64,000 nucleotides of DNA from a virus. The stretch covers positions 19,591 to 83,590 of the IMG/VR virus record IMGVR_UViG_3300021185_001145. The stretch is one strand, 5' to 3'. Below are positions 19,545 to 30,900 of the stretch, piece by piece (within the stretch, counting starts at the first letter, position 1; the number at the start of each line of letters is the position of its first letter). Made by a program: the position numbers and the translations under genes. A model generated the notes under the pieces. The model had not been told where the DNA came from and made no database searches. It saw nothing but the letters and a program-made list of their open reading frames with translations.

Positions 19545-22500
19545 TTAAGTGCTACCTGTTAATATTCTCAAATCTTGTGCATAAGGTACTCTTGATTTAC
19601 TGTCAGTAAACAAACATACTTTTACTGCAAATGTTACAAAGTTCCCAAATTCAACACCATCTTTGTTCGTGTACGTTACTGTACCGCCTGCAGGCTTCCA
19701 TTCGTAGTCAAAAGTATCACCTTCATACTCTGAGAATGTCTGCTTTTGTTGCAAGTCCATGCGTACATATGGTGTATCGTCAAATTCACTAGCATCACCA
19801 GAAGAAAGAATTTTATAGTAAACTTCAATCTCTGAACCACGAGGACGATAAGAACGCATTCTAACAGAAATGTTATCAGATGCAACTCTATCTTCAGGAA
19901 TTGTTACTTGTTTTGTAACGTATCTTGCCTGTGCATTTCCGTCAAGTGCGCTTGTCTCACCTAAAATCACAAAGACTGGTGCAACTTCACCTGAACCTGC
20001 GGCGACTGTTAGTGTTGGTGTTTCATAGTAACCCGTACCTTCATTTGTAACACGAATTCCAATAAAGTCACCACTATTATATAGTCCTTCAAATTCAGTA
20101 CCATCTGAGATGACACCTTCTGCGATAAAGCCACTACCAATACCTGTAAGTGTTATACCACCATTTGCTGTTGTGGGTGGATTAGCAGGGTCATAACCTG
20201 TACCAACACTCTGAAGTACAATTTCTTCAGAACTAATCTGACCATCATTAATCAATTGGTCGATTAGCAATGCTCTTGCAGGTTCGATATCAATTGCTGG
20301 AGAAACGTCTACGCTTGAACTAGTCATATTGTACTTGAAGTAGAATGTACCTGCTTCAGGACCTGCGCCCATTTCTCTATTTGCAAATACGTTCTCATCA
20401 GGAATATATTCAGTCCACCCAGTATCAATTGCTTGCTCTGGTTCAAGTGCTTCATTTTCAGCATTTACTAAAGATGTACCTTTATAGTAGAATTTAATAT
20501 CTGTAGCATCACTTGGGTCAATTGTCTCAACAACTGATTTGAATACTTGCCACGGATACATATCTTCACTTTCGTACTGACCAAGAACGGCTTCACCAAC
20601 AACACTAGTATCAAAGTTCGCTTTGTAAAGTCTGAACATCAAATCTTGTGTTTGTTCTGCGGTCCATGTAGAAGCGTTTTGTGACTTGAACAATGAACCA
20701 GCATATGGCTGTTCTGTAATTCTATTCGAAGAACCCAGAATTTCTGCACCCATTTCAGTGATATATGTCTCATAATTGTTAGAGTTTGACAAGAGAACAA
20801 CCGCATATTCGCCAGGCTCCAAGTAAACGGGAGATGGAAATGCTACTTCTGTTGGTGATGCAAGAACACTTTCATTATCGAATGGGTTCTCTGGCAGAAC
20901 AACATCAGCAGGCGGAATATCGACTTTACCAAATGGAACAATCAATGCGCTGTCTGGGTAACCGTTGTTTGTCGGTCTAATCTGTACAGATACAGGAATT
21001 TGCTCATCTTTACTTCTGAAGAACAAGTCAATCTTTGTGATGTAAACACCATTCGGGTGCTTCTGTGCATCAACCAAGATTGTTTCTGCAACTGGGTCAT
21101 ACCAACCAACAACTCTGCTTGAACGGCGGCGAGATACAATTCTACTTGTTGCCGAACGAACAGTTCTTGTTTGTGTAACAGTCTCACGAATAAGTGCAGG
21201 TACACGGGTTGTAACTGTAGTATTCTGCATAATTTTCTTTTGACCTGTTGCACGATAAGTTGCATCAGCCGAAGTTGTACAGTCCCTTGGGTCTGCTTTA
21301 TTCGGGTCGTCAAGTATGCGGAAGACACGTTCACCAGTCTTAAATCTCAAGCCAGTCTCACCTTCATTAGGTAAGTTGAATATGCCTGATAGAGTACCAG
21401 AACCATCTGTCTTCAATGCGTCACCGTCTTGCGCTGTAGTCAATCCAGACAAACGAGCGGTTGGCGGTCTACGGGTAACTGTAGCACCAGTAGCATCTTG
21501 TACACTAGTAACTGTACCTACAATTTCCAAAGTCCTAGAGTTATCTGCAATGATTTGGTCAATCTCTGCTTGTGTACCTGGGTTCTGTTCTGTAATAATA
21601 TCGTCAACTGTACGCTTAATATCATAAGTTGCTTCAAACTGAAACTTAATCTCATAGAAGTTACGCATTGGTCCAGGACCATAGTTCACACGACCAGTTG
21701 GGTTAATCCAAACACGAAGATATTGGTTGCCCCTTCTGCTATAGATACCTGCTTGTACGTTACGTCCATTCGGATATGTTGCAGTCCAGTTAGTATCTGT
21801 TTGGAATACAGAACCTGCACGAACACCTGAGAAACGACCTGCTAAGAAGCGGTTCGTACTAAAGCGCCACCACCAGCGGCGTCTCCACCAACGTCTGAAC
21901 CAACGTCTGCGGGTATTCGCAAATCTGACAACAATATACTCTGAAGACGCATTCAAGTCACCACGGACCTGAATACCAGTAACTTTCAGAGTTTTTGCAC
22001 GAATTTTATTTCCGTTTACATCATTACCTAAAATACTTGTAATATTGTATGTTTTAATAATACGTCTTCTATGTCTACGACCAACAGCAGGTGACCATTT
22101 ACCAGAAACGGTTGCTTGTTGAATAACAGTACGCTTAACGATACGAGTAGAGAATGTATCTTCTGCGGTTAGTCCTTCAGCAACAAGTCTGCCTGTTGAA
22201 CCGTCATGTCCAGCAACAATATTACCTCGACCCAAAATCGTTGTTGGGTCGTCAACATCATACACAAGAACTTCTTCTTTTTGCAAAAAGCGTTTTTCTT
22301 GTGCAGTTGCATCGTTAGGATAAGTCAACTGTGTACCGACAATATCAAGTGTGTTTGCTGGTTTACAATATGCCGCAACCGCTTTGTTATCGAACCATGG
22401 GTATACAGTTGTATTTGGCTTCATGCCTGATACATTAAAGAATACTTCTTTTGCTCTCATCCATGGGATGATAGTCAAGTCTACAACTTTGTTACCTAAT

Positions 22501-25500
22501 GAACGTCTAACTGTTCTCATACCCCAACGTGTACGAATACCTGTACGAGTTTGTCTACGAGTTGTTACAGTAGTTGCTCTTGTGATGCGGTCTGTTCTAC
22601 GAATAACTGCACGTCCTCTAACAGAACGAGATGCCGCAGACCTGAAAGATGGGTCACGCCATGTAGAACTTCTTACGCTACTTCTTGTGTTTGTAGTACG
22701 ACCAGTCCATGTTGTCTGCCAGTTGTTCCACTGAACACCACCACCGAAGCGTCTACGAAATCTTGTTCTGCGATTAAGTCTACCCAGAATACCTCTAAAC
22801 GCATCATTCTCACCTGCAATGTTTACATTGACAGTCGGACGCTGTTCAGTGTCAATCCAGTTGTCAGTATGCGGAGAAAGTTCCATCGTACCAACAAAGT
22901 TTGCAATGTTGTATGGGTTGACGTTAATTGCTTTAGAACACAGAGGAATTTCAACAAAAATTTCTGGTGTATATGGTAGTGTAATAAGTTCGCCAGTCAG
23001 CATAACATCGTTACTATCATCTTCATCATACTCCATTGCAACATTTTCTGTTTCGAATGGAGGACGAAGTTCACCTTCTTCAAAGTCAATTGAACAATCG
23101 TGGTCTGGGTTTGATACGTCACCAACTTGGTGTCCGTTGAAACCATCTACAAGCATACCCGTTTTAAGACCTACAGTACCGTCTGGGTTCTGAATTGTCA
23201 ATGCGTCTGCTTCACCTTCAAGTGAATTCAATGCAGACATATATTCAAGGTCATTTAGACGTACTTCAATATCTGCAATATCCCTAGAGGTATAGTTTTT
23301 CTGAGGAATATATTCATAAAGAACATCATCAGGTTGGAATGTATATGCAGGAACATCCAACAAGAACAACGTCAATGCTGTTTCGGGTTCTGGTGGATAC
23401 TCTGGGCGCAATGAAGATACACCCTTAACTAGTTTAAATTCTTGGTCGGCAGTCAGAATAAGTCTGTCTCTACGGTCAAGATAGTATGAGAAGTCAACTT
23501 CAACTGTGCTTGTTGGTAGGGGAAGAACAACACCCTCAAGGTCTGTGAATGATGTAACATTAGATAATGCCGCATCAATGGTGTCATTAGAAACAATAGC
23601 ATCTTGTCTTCTACCGCGGAAATCTAGTACGTTTCTCAATTCATACAACTGACCAGTAGTTGCAGAAGAGAACTGTGGAATATTTTCATATGAAACATCT
23701 GAGTATGAGTTTACTGTAAACATACCAGACGCACCCGATGTAATGTGCTGGAAGTATCTAAACTGTACAACCAACTGACCAACAGGAAGCGTTGAACCAG
23801 TAATAAATTTCAGTGAACCATAATCATAGAAGTTATCTTTTTGCCCATTATTCAATTCAAAAAGAGATGCTTGGTTAGTAAATTCTATGTCGCCATCAGC
23901 ATTTACTAGATTTCCGTTTACATCAATAGTAAAGTCTGTTAATGTAATACCCGAATTCGCATCGCCAGAATCCCAAATACCGACAACATCAAAAATGTCT
24001 GAAGTAAAGAGACTTAATATGGGGTTCGTTGATAAAGCAGGTGCTTCATATGTGTAAGTGTTTGTTGCGAGAGTTTTCGCTTTCTCTGCGCCATTGTTTA
24101 AGTTTAGTGTTGTTAGAATATTAAATGTAGTACCCGCAGAAGGAGCCACTGCACCAGAAACACCATCTGTTGCAGGGAATGATACACGCAATGTATCTGC
24201 GGCGTCATCTGGACGACCCAAATCAATAGAAAGTTCTACGCCAGATGTTGGACCCAAATCTACGATATCGCCTGGTCCATATGAGAACCCATTGCTGTCT
24301 GTAAAACTGCCAGAAGCAAGTGTCATTGTATAGAACAATTGTGCTACTGTACCAGAGATACTACCTGCACTTGGGTAGAATAAGTTATTACTATCTGAAG
24401 AAACGATAGGTGCGGAATCTAATCCACCGCTACCTGCGTTTGGAATAGTAATATTATTGTATTGTACTTGATATGAATAGTCAATATCATTTGTGCCGCC
24501 TTCGCTTGCAAGAAGTCCACCAGACTTAATTGAGCGAATATTTTCATAAGGCAGTTCAAAGATTAGAGAGTTAATACCTGCTTCAAATAGAATTGTAGTA
24601 TTGTTCGCTTCTTCACTCACTTTACCATCAATAGCAATTCTTGCGCTTGCATCGAAGTCATATGCACCAGATGTTAATGTTGCAACTGCTAGACTTTCTA
24701 GGTTATCAAACGTATCTCTGATAATTGAAATTTCATACAAATATGTTCTGTTTTTAATGTCTACTTGATTGCCGCTACCAAAATCTGTAATGTCTTTTTC
24801 TGAGAAGCGAACCATGCGTACTTTTGCAGTACCAATCTTTGCATAGTTTTCATATACCCACTGAGGAATAGTATTATTAGTAAATGCCTCTCCAGAATTA
24901 CTTGAAGTTGAGTAATATTGTGTTGCACCGTCAGGAGAATATATTTGTACATCTCTTCCTGATTGCCCAACAAAATTTCCGTCCCAATCACCTAGAGTTG
25001 CAAGACTATAATCGTTATTGACATTTGTAGTACCAGTCAAACGAAACCATGTAACGTCTCCTGTAGTATCAGTTACAATTTCTGCAATGACACCCCATTT
25101 GTTGCCAGCCGCGCCATTAAAGCGAAGTGTGTTACCAACTGCAACTTCACTTATTCCTGCACTCGTACCTGCGACAGTGATTGTTAGATGTGATGTAGTG
25201 ATTGATACCCAAGCACCGTAATCATAACCCAATTGATATTGAGCATTCAACAAGTCTACTTGTTCTTGGTTATCAACATCGAACATATTGAAGTGTCTAT
25301 TTGTAATAACATAGTTACCAAATTCAACACCGATGTTGTTACTTTCTGCAACATCAAATTCTCTTGCTTTATCAAGTTCTGCAAGAGTTTGAATTGGTGT
25401 TTCGAATGAACGACCACCAACGTATGCACGCCCTGGACCAATATCCAGAGTGAGTTTATCTTCATATGATTGAACATTTTCAACTACATCAAGTGAGAAT

Positions 25501-26486
25501 GGGTCAACAACAAAGTTACCATGAATGTCATATACTGTTTTTGCCATCTCATCGCCGATTGCAGAATATACTGGTACCTTGACATGTTTATCAACACCAC
25601 CTGCATTCAAACGAGCAATTTCAATAAAGTCAATATCAGAAACGCCGTCAATAACTTCTTGATTAGTTAAAGTAATACTCGGAATATATGTGTTTTTACG
25701 GACTAAGTTAAGGTCCATACGATATCTGTGACCACCAGGTGCGGTATAGTTGTAAGAACCTTCCGCTGGGTCAAGTAGTGAGTTATCATCATCTTCATCG
25801 ACAATTGTATGCGTAATATCCATGCCAACACGACATGTTGCTGGATGATTGCCATCATACTGAGAAGATATCACAAGAGTTTGTGCAGGGTTATGTACAA
25901 ACAAACCGTTAATGTAGAATACACCTTCATCAACTGAGATTGTTGTTGCTTCACCTTCACGTCCACCTGCGACAACACCAGTGTCAACAGATGAAGATAT
26001 TTCCGCAATTGCAGTTTGGGACTCATCGGTCTCCAAGTAAATTAACTCGGAGCCGAGAGTACCAGTACCCGATACTAGGGTACAAAACAACAACGGAGGG
26101 GTAGTATCCGATGAGGCACGATAGTCAATAACAAACCATCTAGTTTCTTCAAAAGAGGGAATCGGCGTGGTGGCGTTATCCCTAGTTTTAATAAACTTAC
26201 CCTTTAAGTTAGCGAGACTTGCTGTTGAAACGTCAACATTATCCAATTGCTCATTAAGAACAATGTATTTTGCGCCGTTGTTAATAGAGGACTGTGCCCC
26301 GTACACGATACTACCTTCACGGTAAATACCCGTACCAAACTCACCCATCTGATTTTGAATGATGGTCTGAAGTTGGGTCAGTTCCCTTGCTTGAACGGCA
26401 TAACCAGGACGAAAGAGAATTCTTAGAAAATCCTTCTCTTTGTCATAGTCATCATAATATGGATTAATGTTAAAATTAATTGGCAT
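19545..26486 (-). CDS. VrlC-like / DUF4815 giant baseplate-associated protein (2313 aa)
   Basis: NINPYYDDY..RILFRPGYAVQARELTQLQ, YTAPGGHRY, GMLVDGF, DPVAETILV, GSLFKSQNASTWTAEQ. Confidence 0.9.
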   Translation of the reverse strand: MPINFNINPYYDDYDKEKDFLRILFRPGYAVQARELTQLQTIIQNQMGEFGTGIYREGSIVYGAQSSINNGAKYIVLNEQLDNVDVSTASLANLKGKFIKTRDNATTPIPSFEETRWFVIDYRASSDTTPPLLFCTLVSGTGTLGSELIYLETDESQTAIAEISSSVDTGVVAGGREGEATTISVDEGVFYINGLFVHNPAQTLVISSQYDGNHPATCRVGMDITHTIVDEDDDNSLLDPAEGSYNYTAPGGHRYRMDLNLVRKNTYIPSITLTNQEVIDGVSDIDFIEIARLNAGGVDKHVKVPVYSAIGDEMAKTVYDIHGNFVVDPFSLDVVENVQSYEDKLTLDIGPGRAYVGGRSFETPIQTLAELDKAREFDVAESNNIGVEFGNYVITNRHFNMFDVDNQEQVDLLNAQYQLGYDYGAWVSITTSHLTITVAGTSAGISEVAVGNTLRFNGAAGNKWGVIAEIVTDTTGDVTWFRLTGTTNVNNDYSLATLGDWDGNFVGQSGRDVQIYSPDGATQYYSTSSNSGEAFTNNTIPQWVYENYAKIGTAKVRMVRFSEKDITDFGSGNQVDIKNRTYLYEISIIRDTFDNLESLAVATLTSGAYDFDASARIAIDGKVSEEANNTTILFEAGINSLIFELPYENIRSIKSGGLLASEGGTNDIDYSYQVQYNNITIPNAGSGGLDSAPIVSSDSNNLFYPSAGSISGTVAQLFYTMTLASGSFTDSNGFSYGPGDIVDLGPTSGVELSIDLGRPDDAADTLRVSFPATDGVSGAVAPSAGTTFNILTTLNLNNGAEKAKTLATNTYTYEAPALSTNPILSLFTSDIFDVVGIWDSGDANSGITLTDFTIDVNGNLVNADGDIEFTNQASLFELNNGQKDNFYDYGSLKFITGSTLPVGQLVVQFRYFQHITSGASGMFTVNSYSDVSYENIPQFSSATTGQLYELRNVLDFRGRRQDAIVSNDTIDAALSNVTSFTDLEGVVLPLPTSTVEVDFSYYLDRRDRLILTADQEFKLVKGVSSLRPEYPPEPETALTLFLLDVPAYTFQPDDVLYEYIPQKNYTSRDIADIEVRLNDLEYMSALNSLEGEADALTIQNPDGTVGLKTGMLVDGFNGHQVGDVSNPDHDCSIDFEEGELRPPFETENVAMEYDEDDSNDVMLTGELITLPYTPEIFVEIPLCSKAINVNPYNIANFVGTMELSPHTDNWIDTEQRPTVNVNIAGENDAFRGILGRLNRRTRFRRRFGGGVQWNNWQTTWTGRTTNTRSSVRSSTWRDPSFRSAASRSVRGRAVIRRTDRITRATTVTTRRQTRTGIRTRWGMRTVRRSLGNKVVDLTIIPWMRAKEVFFNVSGMKPNTTVYPWFDNKAVAAYCKPANTLDIVGTQLTYPNDATAQEKRFLQKEEVLVYDVDDPTTILGRGNIVAGHDGSTGRLVAEGLTAEDTFSTRIVKRTVIQQATVSGKWSPAVGRRHRRRIIKTYNITSILGNDVNGNKIRAKTLKVTGIQVRGDLNASSEYIVVRFANTRRRWFRRWWRRRWWWRFSTNRFLAGRFSGVRAGSVFQTDTNWTATYPNGRNVQAGIYSRRGNQYLRVWINPTGRVNYGPGPMRNFYEIKFQFEATYDIKRTVDDIITEQNPGTQAEIDQIIADNSRTLEIVGTVTSVQDATGATVTRRPPTARLSGLTTAQDGDALKTDGSGTLSGIFNLPNEGETGLRFKTGERVFRILDDPNKADPRDCTTSADATYRATGQKKIMQNTTVTTRVPALIRETVTQTRTVRSATSRIVSRRRSSRVVGWYDPVAETILVDAQKHPNGVYITKIDLFFRSKDEQIPVSVQIRPTNNGYPDSALIVPFGKVDIPPADVVLPENPFDNESVLASPTEVAFPSPVYLEPGEYAVVLLSNSNNYETYITEMGAEILGSSNRITEQPYAGSLFKSQNASTWTAEQTQDLMFRLYKANFDTSVVGEAVLGQYESEDMYPWQVFKSVVETIDPSDATDIKFYYKGTSLVNAENEALEPEQAIDTGWTEYIPDENVFANREMGAGPEAGTFYFKYNMTSSSVDVSPAIDIEPARALLIDQLINDGQISSEEIVLQSVGTGYDPANPPTTANGGITLTGIGSGFIAEGVISDGTEFEGLYNSGDFIGIRVTNEGTGYYETPTLTVAAGSGEVAPVFVILGETSALDGNAQARYVTKQVTIPEDRVASDNISVRMRSYRPRGSEIEVYYKILSSGDASEFDDTPYVRMDLQQKQTFSEYEGDTFDYEWKPAGGTVTYTNKDGVEFGNFVTFAVKVCLFTDSKSRVPYAQDLRILTGST

Positions 26487-26558
26487 AATTGGTGTCTCGC
26501 TATCCTAAATTCATCGGTTATAATTAAGTCTTATTCACAACTATTTATTACCGTCGAT

Positions 26559-27857
26559 TTAGAATTCAACGATAAGTTTGATATCTTCAATTTGGTCAGC
26601 GGCACGGGTAATCGGGCGTCTGTACTCAACATAAAGAATATCACCAGTGTAACGATTAAGGTCACCACCATCAACACCACCAGTGTCAATTGCGGCTGTT
26701 GCAGTTGAACTGCCACCTGTAATAGTTTCACCAACAGCGAATGTACCCACAACATTAATCAACGAAACGATAGCGTTTGCTGTGTCATATGCAAGAACCT
26801 TAGCAGTTGCACCAGATGTTCCGCCAGTAATGACTTCATCTTCTACAAAGTTGCCAGATACACCAGTTAGTGTAAGGTTCCAGTCTTGTGCGTATGTGCT
26901 GTTTGTAGCAACTGCATCATCTGCCGACTGAGTTGGGTCACGAAGAATACCGATTTTACGATAGTCGTTGTTAGTTGGGAAGTTCCCGCCTTCACCATAT
27001 TCCAAACGAGAGTTCAGCATCACATAGAAGCCGCCAAGTTCGTGAATTGGGTCGAATGCATGTCCGCCTTTTGGTGCAATAATAGCACGGGCAGTTGCGC
27101 CTGAACCAGTACCATCTGAGATAGCGATATCTGCAAATGAGTATGCTGAACCGCGGTTCTGAACAGTGATTTTGGTGATAACACCATTATCAACAGTAGC
27201 AGTAGCAGTTGCGCTTGCACCATCACCACTGATAGTCACAGTTGGCGTTGCTGAGTAGTTTGTACCACCAGCAGTTACAAGAATAACGTCAAGTGCGCCG
27301 TCTGTGGCTGAACCTGAAGTTGCTGTATCTGCACGAACTGGTACCCACTCAGGAGTAACGAACTTGAGTGTTTCCGCCGCAGTGATTGTGTACATGTATT
27401 GCCACTTGTACTCATCAGCAGTTGAGAATGGGTCAGCCGCAGTACCAGTAGGTTCAACAGTTGATGCACCACCACCATTGTTGAACAAGCACTTATAAAC
27501 GTCAAACGAAGAGTTTACAACGTAAAATTCGTTTGAGAAAAGTGTCGAATCCTCATGGTCATACTGCGAATAAACAGAACCTGAGGTCCAGTCATAGCGT
27601 GGGATAACGTGAGCGACTTCACCAGATTGTACACGCTTGGCTGAAATCATGTCACGCCAATGGTCAAATTCAGTTTGGTCGAATGAATCCACAGGAGTTG
27701 GTGGTGTTACATCATCACCTGTTTCCCCTGCGCCTGTTCCCCATGGGTCTACACGCCCAATGAAGAGATACATATTTGTCGCGGCTGCCTCTGAAAAAGC
27801 CTCCACGAATTGTTCCGAATTGTGTAAACGGAACTTGCTAGTTACGATTGCTGGCAT
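26559..27857 (-). CDS. gp8: Baseplate wedge subunit
   Basis: YLFIGR..PW, IPRYDWTSG, YKCLFN, YKWQYMYTI, RAADQIEDIKLIVEF. Confidence 0.93.
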   Translation of the reverse strand: MPAIVTSKFRLHNSEQFVEAFSEAAATNMYLFIGRVDPWGTGAGETGDDVTPPTPVDSFDQTEFDHWRDMISAKRVQSGEVAHVIPRYDWTSGSVYSQYDHEDSTLFSNEFYVVNSSFDVYKCLFNNGGGASTVEPTGTAADPFSTADEYKWQYMYTITAAETLKFVTPEWVPVRADTATSGSATDGALDVILVTAGGTNYSATPTVTISGDGASATATATVDNGVITKITVQNRGSAYSFADIAISDGTGSGATARAIIAPKGGHAFDPIHELGGFYVMLNSRLEYGEGGNFPTNNDYRKIGILRDPTQSADDAVATNSTYAQDWNLTLTGVSGNFVEDEVITGGTSGATAKVLAYDTANAIVSLINVVGTFAVGETITGGSSTATAAIDTGGVDGGDLNRYTGDILYVEYRRPITRAADQIEDIKLIVEF

Positions 27858-27920
27858 TTGTTATTACCTCCGAAGTGTTTAAATTACCTAAATATTATAA
27901 TGATTTTCTACCATCATACA

Positions 27921-27982
27921 TATTTATAATCAATGTTATCGTTGTTGTCCATAATAAATCTTTCTAAGACATAATATTTATA
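27921..27982 (-). promoter_or_regulatory. Two tandem late promoters upstream of gp8
   Basis: TATAAATA at 27921-27928 and 27975-27982. Confidence 0.65.
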
Positions 27983-27991
27983 AGACACGCT

Positions 27992-30900
27992 TTAGGGCAG
28001 TGTACCTATAATATTATCGCTAGAATCCCTAATGTACCCTATCAAATTAGTGGATACTAGTTGAGAATTTGCAATGCTTCTAATTTGAGTGTTGTCTGGG
28101 TCTAAACCCTCAATAGTCTCATCTTCAATCTTATATATGAATCCGTTGAACAGGTTCATATTCTTATTAAACTGTTGTGTTTCATCCCTACCGACAACTT
28201 TAGTTTCAATTTCTTCTGCAAATCCTAACTTACGGTGCAGTGTAGTTTCAACTGTCAAATCAGCATTTCTGAATATTAAACGCTTGATATGTTGTCCAGC
28301 ATCCTGAACAGCAACATTCAGTTCTGCTTCTAATACTAGTTTCTCTATAGGTATATTTCTATATATAAAGTCTCTAGGAAGAACTTGTAAGAATGTTGGG
28401 TCGAGACTTCTAATAGTTTCGCTAGAAATATCGTCAATAATCAAGTCACCGTATTCATGCAGTTCTTTAAAGCCACTGAGAATTGTAATCTCTTGTAACC
28501 CTGGTTCTGCAACTTGCATTTCAACTGAAACAGATTGCGGTGAAGTGAGAAGATAGTTATGAGTTGTCCAATGTCTGTGAATTTCACGTTGCATTGCGAC
28601 AGACAAATCAAGAACTTTAGAAATAGTCGGTCTTCTAAATGTAGAAGTCGAAACTTCTCTATTCAAGTTTAGACTTATTTCTTCTTCAAAATGTGATACT
28701 GGAACTGGGCTTTGAACATCAATGTCCAATTCAGTAGTACGTTCTATTGTTCTGAATGTTTCTACTTCTGCATTTGCATTCAGAGTTATATCTAATACTT
28801 GGGTTGTGTACTTATCTACAAGTTGACTATCAATTCTAACATGAAGTGAAAGGTCTTTCGCCCAATCTTTGATATCTGTAAAGATGGCATCGACATCACT
28901 AATTGACTGATTACCATCTAGGTCACGCAATTCACCAACACCAACCAAGACTACATTCTTGAATTGACTTGACCAAGTAACTTCTGGAAGTGACTTTTCA
29001 AGAATAGTTGGGATTTTGATTTGTAGTTCTGGTAAACGCTGTGCTTGACCAAATTCTTTTTTGATAACTGTTTTTCTAAACAGCGTATCACTCTTCAATT
29101 GAGTATTTAATTCATCAGTATTTAATATTGTTATTGCTTTAGATACTTCAACAGTATTCTCAACAATAATATTTTCAATATCAGACCTAGTTGGGAATTC
29201 TAGTACAGGAATTGGAGTTACATCCAAGTCTCTGAATTCCATTCTGATTTCAGGAATACGAAGTGCGAAGTTCTTCAGATTTGTTGGGTTAGTAACGAAA
29301 CGCCCATCACCAGAATTCGAACTACCAACAACAGATGGCGGTTGATATATCTCACCAGTTTTGTTGCCTAGTCCACCGTAAGTAACAGTTTCAGTGAAGT
29401 CAGTTTTAAACAACATGATTGTTTTCTTATACTTCGGAATCTGAAGTCCACCAAGTCTTTCAGAGACAACCAAATCATTTGGGTCAGAAGTAAAGTTATT
29501 ATACAAACCTGCTCTCAGGTTGTTAGTGATAAACACCTCACCAAAGAGTTCCATACCAGATGGGTGAACAAGTTTCTTGATTGTGTCACGATAGTTCTCA
29601 ATAGACAAACCAGTTCTAAGAACGTAAGAGAATGTTTGGTAGTATTTGTTATCTTGTAGATATTTCGCTTCAGACAAATGACCGTCATCGTTACGGAATA
29701 TGCCTGGGTGTCGTGCAATCGAACCAGTTCCCAATGTCACACTAGCATCACCATTACCTAAAGACGATAAATCTATAGATGGATTTGCATAATACAAAGC
29801 ACCAAAGTTCTGATTAAGAAGTTTTACTTCTTTAATTCTACCGATGTTACTGCCGTCAGATGTGATGGTAGCACCTGTACCTGTAGCAGACTGAATTGTT
29901 GCAACTGGTACGCTTCTGTAACCAGAACCAAAGTTTGCCATTTTGAGTTCTTTAATAGAACCATCAGCAAGGAAATTAGAAGTGAAAGATACGCTCATCT
30001 CCGCAGTTTCACCCTGTCCAGCATCGTATGTCGCACCAGTAATAGATGCAGTGAATTCAATGCGAATGAATTTATCACCATCAATTACATCTGTACCTAG
30101 TGTGTAGTTACTGATGAGTGCTTGGTTTGTTACTGCGATATCTGCATCACCAACAGGTGCCGCTTGAACTGTCGCTAAGTCATCTCCAACCCAAACATTG
30201 AAGTAGTCGAATAATACTGTACCGTTGTAATCATTGGCGCTAATATTGTTTAGCAGTCCAGTAGCAGTCCAGACACCTGGACCTTCTACTTTAAATATAT
30301 ACGATTTTGCAAATGTTGTAGTATCACCATTTAAGACATCTGCAACTTCAAAATTCAGAATAGGTGCGCCACTTACACCTCGCCCAGTATAATCTGTACT
30401 ACCAGCGGCATATTCCATACCATCTTCAGATACTTTCGAAACAAATGCAGATGCACCTGAACCGCCGATTGCGGCTGTGGATTCAAATACAACTGGGTCA
30501 TTTACCTGATAGTTGATACCTTTATTTACAAGGTTCAAGCCTTGAATATTACCAGGGAAGATAGATGAGATTTGTGCTGAAGCACCTACACCACTATCAC
30601 CAACTGCCGTGTCGATATCTAAAAGTGTGCCTGCGCTATAACCTGTACCCTTTGACGTAACTTCAATAGTTGTAACCATTGGTACAATTCTAAAGTAGTA
30701 TGGATTATTTGATGTATCTTTGTAATAAACAAATTCTCTATCATCTACGTCATCAGATGTTGATGAAAGAAAGTCACCCAATCCTGTTACGTTTGATAGA
30801 TACGCTTCTGTAATTAGAGTATCGCCCAAGAAGAACTGAATGATACGTTCAACTTTTGCAGTCGCCCATGTTCTAGTTTCTTGTAAGTTAGTTTCAGGAT

